In this document: piece after piece, positions 55,189 through 64,000 of the stretch | How positions within the stretch are numbered: the first letter of the stretch is position 1 | Layout: every line of letters begins with the position of its first letter | Position numbers and translations under genes: made by a program | Assembly: GCF_006345805.1 (NCBI RefSeq) | Contig: NC_043019.1 | Span: 31,805,360 to 31,869,359, forward strand | Length of the DNA stretch: 64,000 bases | Source of the DNA: Octopus sinensis | Lineage: Eukaryota | Direction of reading: 5' to 3' | Notes under the pieces: generated by a model | Told to the model about the DNA's origin: nothing | What the model saw: the letters and a program-made list of their open reading frames with translations, nothing else | Database searches by the model: none

Positions 55189-55439
55189 GTCCCTCCTCTT
55201 TTATTCCGCTTCTGACAAAAGTCTGGCATCGTTAGGTGCAAGACAAAAAAAGTTAGCTGACATACTTGGCTGTTCTGGTATTACTGTTGATGTTTGGTGA
55301 TGCTGTCATCAACAGAGTGTTTGCCCTTTTCTAAAATAAGCATCAAGAAATGTTAATAAATACCAACGTTTGCTTTTTTGGTTTGTCTGAAAGGGCACTT
55401 GGTATATAAAATATCATTCTGTTGATCGAAATGTAATCT

Positions 55440-56740
55440 GTTGTTGTCGTTGTGATGGCGGCGGTAGCGATGGTGGTAGTGGTGGTGGTGGTGGTGGTGG
55501 TTGCAGTGATGGTAGAGTTGGTGGTGGTGGTGCTCGTTATGGTGGTGGTTGTGGTTGTGGCAGTGGTGGTGGTTGTGGTAGTGGTAGAGTTGACAGTGGT
55601 GGTGGTGATTGGGGTGGTTGTGGTGGCAGTTGTTGTGGTTGTGGTTGTGGTGGCAGTGGTGGTGGCGGTGGTGGTGGTGATGCTGATGGTAATGGTGGTA
55701 GTGGTGTTTGTTGTGGTTGCGGTGGCGGTGGTGGTGGTGTGGTGGTGGTGGTGGTGGTGGTGGTGGTGTTGGTAGTGGTGGCAGCACTGGTGGTGCTTGC
55801 ATTCGTGGTAAGGGCAGGATTGATTAGTGTTGTTGCTGAAGTGGTGCTGGTGATGGTGCTGTTGGTAGTGGTGGTGGTGGTTGTGGTGGTTGTGGTAGTG
55901 CTGGTGGTGCTGGTGAAGGTGTTGCTATTGCTGTTGCTGCTGGTAATGGTGGTGCTGGTGATAGTGGTGATTGTAGTAGTGGTAATGCAGGTGGTAGTGG
56001 TGATGGTGATGCTGCTGGTAGTTATAGTAGTATGGTACTAGTGGAAGTGGTGAAGCTCGTGTAGTAATGGTTGTAGCGATACATTTTGTTTTTGTTAAGT
56101 GTTGTTGTTGTTGCTGTCAGTAGTGGTAGTAGTGGTGGTGTGGTAGTGGTGGTGGTGGTAGTGGTGATGGTGGTGGTAGTCATAGAGGTGATGCTAGAGA
56201 TCATAGTAACGGTAGTAGTGATGAGTATTGTTGTAATGGTGGCGGTGGTAGTGGTGGTAGTAGTGGTGGCGTTGGTGGTAGTAGCGATGAGTGTTGTTGT
56301 TATAGTGGTGATAGTAGTGATGGTGGTGGTGGTGGTGGTGGTGAGTATTGTTGATGTAATGGCGGTAGTATTGGTGGTGGTAATCGTGATGGTGGCAGTG
56401 GCGGTGGTGAGTGTTGTTACTGTTTTTGGTGCTGGTGCTACTGTTGGTATTAGTGGCTCTGGCAGTAGTGAATGACCAGCGACTGTTGTTGTTGTTGTTG
56501 TGATGCTAATTGTGGTGGTAGTGGTGGTGGCGGCGGCAGGCGAGGTGATGATAATGATAATAGTAGTGATACCATTTTGCCTTCCACCAATACCACTGCC
56601 ATCACATCAACAACACTCATCACTACCACCACCACCACAACATCAACACTCACCGCTACTACCTCACACACCACCACTACCACCACCACCACCACTGCCG
56701 CTGCTGCCACCACTACCACCACAACTACAACATTGGTAAT
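55440..56740. repeat. (GGT)-rich low-complexity tract ending in an inverted (ACC)-rich segment
   Basis: Direct reading; strand bias flips at about 56570. Confidence 0.9.
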
Positions 56741-57209
56741 ACCAGCAGGTGATATTTATTAGTAGCGCCCCCCCCCCACCCTCCCACTGGATAAAATAAT
56801 GATGATGGTGGAGGTGGTGGTGGTGATGGCTATAATATATCAGAAGTAGTAGGGGGAGTCTTATAGCAACAGAGGTGGTGAGGAGGGTGGATGGGTGGAG
56901 AAAGCTCCCAGAGGGGTTAGGGTTCGGGTTCAGGTTAGGGTGAGGGCAGCCTCTAGTGTAGTGGGACTTGGGGGTCTGTCCTTTTTGTCTATAGCCCTTA
57001 ATGATGCTACATGACAAACCAGTAAAAACTTTCATGTAAACACTGTCGAACATATTGTAGAACACATACATAAACATATACACAAATGCACACATGTGCA
57101 TACATACATACATACATTCATACAAACATATGTACATACATATACACATGCATACATACATACACCTATATACATTACATACATACATGCATATATATAT
57201 ATATATATT

Positions 57210-57425
57210 TCTTTACTACCCACAAGGGGCTAAACACAGAGGGGACAAACAAGGACAGATAAAGGGATTAAGTCGATTACATCAACCCCAGTGCGTAACT
57301 GGTACTTAATTTATCGACCCCGGAAGGATGAAAGGCAAAGTCGACCTCGGCGGAATTTGAACTCGGAACGTAACGACAGACGAAATACGGCTACGCATTT
57401 CGCCCGGCGTGCTAACGTTTCTGCC
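57210..57425 (-). mobile_element. SINE family D
   Basis: GGCAAAGTCGACCTCGGCGGAATTTGAACTC block shared with 34755-34970 and 62350-62576. Confidence 0.75.
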
Positions 57426-58230
57426 ACACACATACATACACATGTACACATACATGCATACATGCATACACACACATACATACATGTGTATATGCATACA
57501 TGCATGTGCACAAATGCATGCACACACATTGACATACATACATACACAAACATATACATAAATACTTACGTACACACACATACATACATGTGCATACGCA
57601 TACATGCATGCACACAAACCACAAACACATATACACATACTCTCACAGATACAGATACACATATACACAAACACACATAATACATGACATATACGTGCAT
57701 ATACACACTCACATATATATAAACAGACATATATGCACACATACACACATACAGACACACACACATACACTTACACATACACTTACATACATATATTCAG
57801 ACACATACCTCCACATACAAGCAATCATACATACACTCAGACACGCATCCAAACACACACATACACATACAAGCACTTATACATATACATAAACACAAAC
57901 ATACACACACAGTCCTACACAACATGCAAAAGCACACACACATACGTGCACACATACACACGCCCACACACACAAGAACTCAGAGAAAACTTGTTTATAT
58001 ATGCCCCTACCACCTTAAAACACACACACACCACACCTCTACACACACACATTCATATTCACACCCACACACACACATTCACGTTTACCCCCACATATTC
58101 ACACACACACACATACACATACATAACCATACACATTCACACACACATTCACATGCACACATTCACACGCACACACAAATTTACTCATACACACATATAC
58201 ATACATAAACACATACATACACATTCTTTT
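57425..58230 (+). repeat. (CA)-rich low-complexity tract
   Basis: Direct reading. Confidence 0.95.
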
Positions 58231-58414
58231 ACTCTTTTACTTGTTTCAGTCATTTGACAGTGGCCATGCTTGAGCACCACCTTTAGTCAAACAAATCAAC
58301 TCCAAGATTTATTCTTTGTAATCCTGGTACTTATTCTATCAGTCTCTTTTGCCAAACTGCTAAGTTACATCAGTTGTCAAGTGATGGTGGTAGGAGACAA
58401 ATACAGACACACAA

Positions 58415-58471
<57 letters not shown>

Positions 58472-59485
58472 CCTTCTCAAGCCATGCCAGGCTCATAAGG
58501 GCCAGTTTCTCAGTTTCAGTGGCGTAGAAATTCCTCACCTGGACGGGACGCCGGTCCATCGCAGGATTACTCATTTTTGCCAGCTGAGTGGACTGGAGCA
58601 ACATGAAAATGAAGTGTTTTGCTCATGAACACAACGCATCGCCCAGTCCAGGAAATGAAACCACAACCTTACGATCATGAATTCAACACGCTAACCACTA
58701 AGCCATGCGCCTCCACACACACACACACATATATATATGTATACACGAGGGGCTTCTTTCAGTTTCCGTCTACCAAATCCACTCACAAGGATTTGGTCAG
58801 CCCGAGGATGTAAGTAGAAAACACTTGCCCAAGGTGTCACGCAGTGGGACTGAACCTGGAACTATGTAGTTGGGAAGCTAGCTTCTTACCACACAGCCAC
58901 TCCTGCACCCATATACACTCGTAAACACATATACACACATAACCACACACATAAACTCGCACATACATATACACACACATACTTAAACACAAGCATATAT
59001 TCATACGTAAAAACACACATATAAGATTCATAAATATACACACACACACACACACACACACATTTACCCACACACACATACATAAACACACACACATACA
59101 CATACACAGATTTCAAATCACATTAAATTCCAGGTCACTGGAACCTGTCGCACACCAGCCCTTTTCACATATACATCTGTGATACACCCCTGCTCTGCCG
59201 GTCTATGCTGTTCTGACATAAAATTTGTTAATTATTTAAACTTATGAACATATATACGCATAGACGTATACATTCTTTTTTGCTCTTTTTTGCTGCAGTG
59301 AAAAATTTTTTGCTTTTAAATTATACCTTAAAACCTCTGTCTCTTCTTTTCTCTCTTTCTCTCTCTCTCTCTTTCTCTTTTTCATTCTTGCTCTTTCTCT
59401 CTCTCACACTATCATCTGTCTTTATATCTATCTATGTATCTGTCTGTCTGTCTCTGTCTATCTGCATACTTACCTACCTACCAAC

Positions 59486-59541
<56 letters not shown>

Positions 59542-59563
59542 ATATCTATCTATCTATCTGTAT

Positions 59564-59595
<32 letters not shown>

Positions 59596-59798
59596 ATATA
59601 TATGTATATAGCTATCTATGTGTGTGTATATATATGTGTGTGAGTAAATATATATAAATAAATATATATATACAGATACACACACAAACAGACACACACA
59701 CACACCACACACACACACATATAGATAGCACAGAGTAAATTTGAAGGTGAATGAGCTTTACACACTACGCTACTATGTTTTAACAGAATATACTGTAA

Positions 59799-59855
<57 letters not shown>

Positions 59856-59868
59856 CACACACACACAT

Positions 59869-60084
59869 GAGGGTGTGCTAAAAATTTGCTGGCTTTGGGT
59901 AAAAGAAAATATAAGAGGATCAGTTAATTATGATTTTATTCAACATATTCCCCTCTCAGATTCACATGCTTATTGCAGCGGTCCTTGAGTTTTTCTAAGC
60001 CTTGTAAAAGATCTTGGAAGGTTGGGCCTCCAATCAGGCTTTTCACAATACCCTTAATGCCAGGAACTTTTCAGCACATCCTTG
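59869..60084. mobile_element. mariner-derived MITE
   Basis: TIRs GAGGGTGTGCTAAAAATTTGCTGGC / GCCAGGAACTTTTCAGCACATCCTTG. Confidence 0.7.
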
Positions 60085-60124
<40 letters not shown>

Positions 60125-61599
60125 TGGCTCATAAGGGCCAGTTTCCGGTTTCATTGGTGTATAGCTTCCTCACCTGAATGGGACACTATTCCATTGCAGG
60201 TGAGCTGCTAGATGCAGGAGGAAGAAGTGAGAGAAAGTTGCGGCAAAAGAATGAGCAGAAGTTCACCATTACCTTCTGCTGGAGCCGCATAGAGCTTAAG
60301 TGTTTCACTCATAAACACACACATTGGCCAGTCCAAGATTCAAACCCACAATCCCTCAACTGCGAGTTCGCTGTTCTAACCACTAGGGCATGTGCCTCCA
60401 CTTTATATTATATATATATATTATGGACTTCTTTAAGTTACCATTTACCATATCCACTTGCAAGGTTTTGGTTGGCCCAAGACATTTTCCCAAGGTACCA
60501 CATAGTGGGGGATGAACCCAGAACAATGTGGTTCAGAAGCCAACTTCTTATCACACAACCATACCTGTGCCTATTCATATGTCATTACCATTATTATTCC
60601 ATTCACATTTCAGGTGCTTTATGATAATATTAAATCTCTCCTAGTGTTCAAATATTTGGTACTTTATTTTGTCAACCCCCAGAAAGATAGGGGATTTGAG
60701 AACTCAGAATATGAAACAACAGAAAAGACTCTAATATAAATACCATAAGGCATTGATCCATCTGAAATGCCAATAATATTGTCTATTCACTCCAACATAT
60801 AGACAGAGTGACTGAAAGAGAGGAAGAGAGAGAGAGAGAGAGACTAAGAGAAGAAGAGAGAGAAACAGGCACAAAGAGAAAAAGAGCCAAACAGACAGAT
60901 CATCTGTGAATTGCTAATGGTTGAAATATTGAAATTTCAATTAATTTTTTTATTTTATTTCATTTTCATTTATTTATGTTATTTATTATTGTTTCAAAAA
61001 TATTCTGTGGAAGAATAAAGATTCCTGTAAAGTGAAAATATTGATTAAATTGAACGAATGAGGTCATTTGAAGGTGTAGAAAGTTCCAGCTATTTTCATC
61101 CAGCCTAAAAACAGTTTCTGTTTGAACAGTTTGAACAACAGATTTCTATTTGTCAACATTATTTTTTTAGTCTAAACATGTTTTTTTTTCTTCTTAATTT
61201 CTTCTTTTTTTTATATGTACAATTTTCTTTCTTTATTTTCATTTTATTTCAATTCTGCTATTTTTAAGTAATTTTATTGTTGTTGCTAGGTGAAACCTAA
61301 GATGGAATTTATTCTCTTTTCTTTTAAAAAGTTTCTTTATAATTTATTTAATACATCCACACCTAAAAAAACAAACACAGCTCAGATATACAGTTGTACA
61401 AGCCAATAGGGTTCTGGGCAACCATCTTAGAGGCCAACAGTTCATATGCAATCAATGTCTTTGTTGCTGTTGACCATGGACCCAGCAATGGACTGTCATC
61501 TCATTAAGGGGAAGATGTGATCTTGGTCACTTAAATGCCATAGAAACCAGGAAACTAGTTGTAGGAAGACTAGGGTTCCCTGGGTTCAGTCCCACTGCA

Positions 61600-62775
61600 T
61601 AGCACCTTAGCGTGTAGGTGGGAGAATAAGATTAGGCTGGGCAAAGTTCAGATGCCCTGCTGGCAACAAAGGGCCTCTCCCTCAGAGTAAAAGTCAGACT
61701 GTATGATGCCTGTGTGTGAACAGCTATGCTACATGGCAGTGAAACATGGGTTGTGACAGCTGAGGAAAAAAATGAAGCCAGTATGCTTCGCTGGATATGC
61801 AATGTCAGTGTGTATGTTCAACAGAGTGTAACCATCTTGAGAGAAAAGTTTGGAAAAAGAGGCATCGGATATAGTGTGCAAGAGAGGCAACTGCACTGGT
61901 AGCGTCATGTGATGTGTATGGACGGGGACAGCTATGTAAAGAAGTGCCGATTTTTAACTGTGGAGGGAACCTGTGGTAAAGATAAACCCAGGAAGACATA
62001 GGACAAGGTGCTGAAGCATGATATTAAAACTTTGAGCCTCACAGAGACAATGACTAGTGACCAAGACCTTTGGGGATATGCTGTGCTTGAGAAGACCTAT
62101 CAAGCCAAGTGAAATTGTAGTCATGGCTGATACTGGTGTCGTGTTACTGACACCCCTGCTAGTGGCATGTAAAAAGCATCGTTTGAGTATTAGACCTCAT
62201 GGAGGCAAAGTGGCTGGTGCCAGTGACATGTGAAAAGCTCCTTTCAAGTTTTGGGCCTCAGGAAGACAATGACCGAGGCATTTGGCATTGTTTCATGCTT
62301 GAGAAGAAGACCCATCAAGCCAAGTAAAATTGCAGTTGTGGCAGATACCTATTTCTTGACTACTCACAAGGGGCTAAACACAGAAAAGACAAACAAGGAC
62401 AGACAAACGGATTAAGTCAATTACATCGACCCCAGTGCGTAACTGGTACTTAATTTATCGACCCCTGAAAGGATGAAAGGCAAAGTCGACCTTGGCAGAA
62501 TTTGAACTCAACGTAACAACAGATTAAATACTGCTAAGCATTTCACCCTGCGTGCTAACGATTCTGCCAGCTTGCTGCAGATACCGCTTTCACACAAATG
62601 GCACCAGTGTTGTTCACACATAAAAGCGGCCATTATACTCTTGGAGTGGTTGGTGTTCTACATCAAGCTGTAGAAATCATGCCAAGTCAGACTGGAGTTC
62701 TGGCTTGCCAACCCTGGTCAAACCATCCAATCCATACCAGCACGGACAAAGGATGTTAAATGATGATGATGATGT
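61600..62775 (+). mobile_element. RTE-clade LINE 3' remnant (RT C-terminus plus 3' UTR and (GAT)n tail)
   Basis: Degenerate translation includes KGLSLRVKVRLYDACV, LHGSETW, EASMLRWICNV, LREKFG, KPRKT; frameshifts and stops present. Confidence 0.85.
62350..62576 (-). mobile_element. SINE family D inserted in RTE 3' UTR with 9-bp TSD
   Basis: Flanked by GCAGATACC at 62341-62349 and 62577-62585. Confidence 0.85.
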
Positions 62776-63174
62776 ATGTATGTATGTATATATATATATC
62801 TGTGTGTCTTTGTGTGTAAGTATGTCCACCATCACAGCTTGACAACTGGTGCTGGTATGTTTATATCTCAGAAACTTAGCAGTTCAGTATAAGAGGCTGA
62901 TAGAATAAATAACCAGGCTTATGTAAAAAAGAAGTAAGTACTGGAGTTGATACATTCAACTGAAAATTCTTCAAAGCAGTGCCCCAGCATGGCCACAGTG
63001 AAATGACTCTTTCGCATTTATATATTAACTGTTTAGACCTTAATTATAAAATAATGAAACCATTATTCTCTGCCAATTTAGTTAATTGTAAGATAGAAAT
63101 TTAGATGTAATAAAATGTTTTAAAAGAAATTTTAAAGTGCCTACGTGATAACTGTAAATTTACTTTTGAGCCAC

Positions 63175-63176
63175 CC

Positions 63177-63209
<33 letters not shown>

Positions 63210-63351
63210 TATATATAGTATATATATATATATAGATAGATAGATAGATAGATATATGTAACTGGAGACTGGAGAGTCTCAGTTATAATCTAGTCTTATT
63301 ACAGAATATGCTTCATTTGTATGAAGCCCTGTAATTTATTGCTTCTAGTGA

Positions 63352-63422
<71 letters not shown>

Positions 63423-63525
63423 ATATTTATTTATATATATTTATATATATTCATTTATATATATATTTATATATATATATATATGTATATAAATATATAT
63501 ATAAATAAATATATATATAAATATA

Positions 63526-63590
<65 letters not shown>

Positions 63591-63665
63591 AATATATATA
63601 TAAATATATATATGTGTGTGTATATATATATATAGATATATATATATATACATATATACACATGT
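63175..63665. repeat. (TA)n-rich microsatellite region
   Basis: Direct reading. Confidence 0.95.
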
Positions 63666-63719
63666 CTATGTGTGTGAATATATTGTCTCCTAAATTACGC
63701 AAAAATGAAAATAACACTG

Positions 63720-64000
63720 ACATCTCATTTTAACAGATATATTTGTCAAAATTACATAAAAATATCTTGAAATACTAAAGAGCAAATTTATTCAATAAAA
63801 TCGCTATTGGCTTCAACCACAGCCTCCAGACAAATTCAGAATCTCCTGCAACTCTTCTGGATGGTCTCCTTGTTTCAGTTGGTGAATGCTACCATAATCC
63901 TTGCCTTCAGTTCATCTTTGGTTTTACAAGGAGTTTTATTGGTCTCTTACTCAACTACACCTCACACATAATAATGAAAGGGGTTGTAGTCTGAGGAATT
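63720..64000 (-). mobile_element. maT-type transposase 3' remnant (cut by window edge)
   Basis: Reverse-complement homolog of 31080-31360. Confidence 0.8.

Overview
AT-rich, microsatellite-laden eukaryotic DNA whose SINE families look like those of octopus (inference from repeat content). Only one convincing coding segment was found: a 171-nt internal exon at 24564-24734 (+) with canonical AG/GT ends, encoding part of a C-terminal C2 domain (C2E) of an otoferlin-like type-2 ferlin. No other ferlin exon was seen, so the rest of the window is probably two very long introns. It is filled with tRNA-derived SINEs, RTE, CR1-like and Tx1-like LINE remnants, a Penelope-like RT remnant, mariner, maT (DD37D-type) and Chapaev-like transposase remnants, non-autonomous Helitrons, piggyBac-, hAT- and mariner-type MITEs, and simple repeats. 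Nearly all ORFs in the supplied track are translations of simple repeats or SINEs. The most notable pattern is at least six unrelated repeat families carrying hammerhead-ribozyme-like cores (CUGANGA...GAAAC...UH), mostly in fold-back arrangements. One family is fused behind a tRNA-like Pol III head, and one has a non-canonical CUG(U/C)UGA core in all three copies that show it. Minimal hammerheads in Penelope-like elements are an established phenomenon; whether these particular families are described cannot be judged without a search. Repeat coordinates were read by eye and are approximate (about +/-10 nt) unless exact motifs are quoted.
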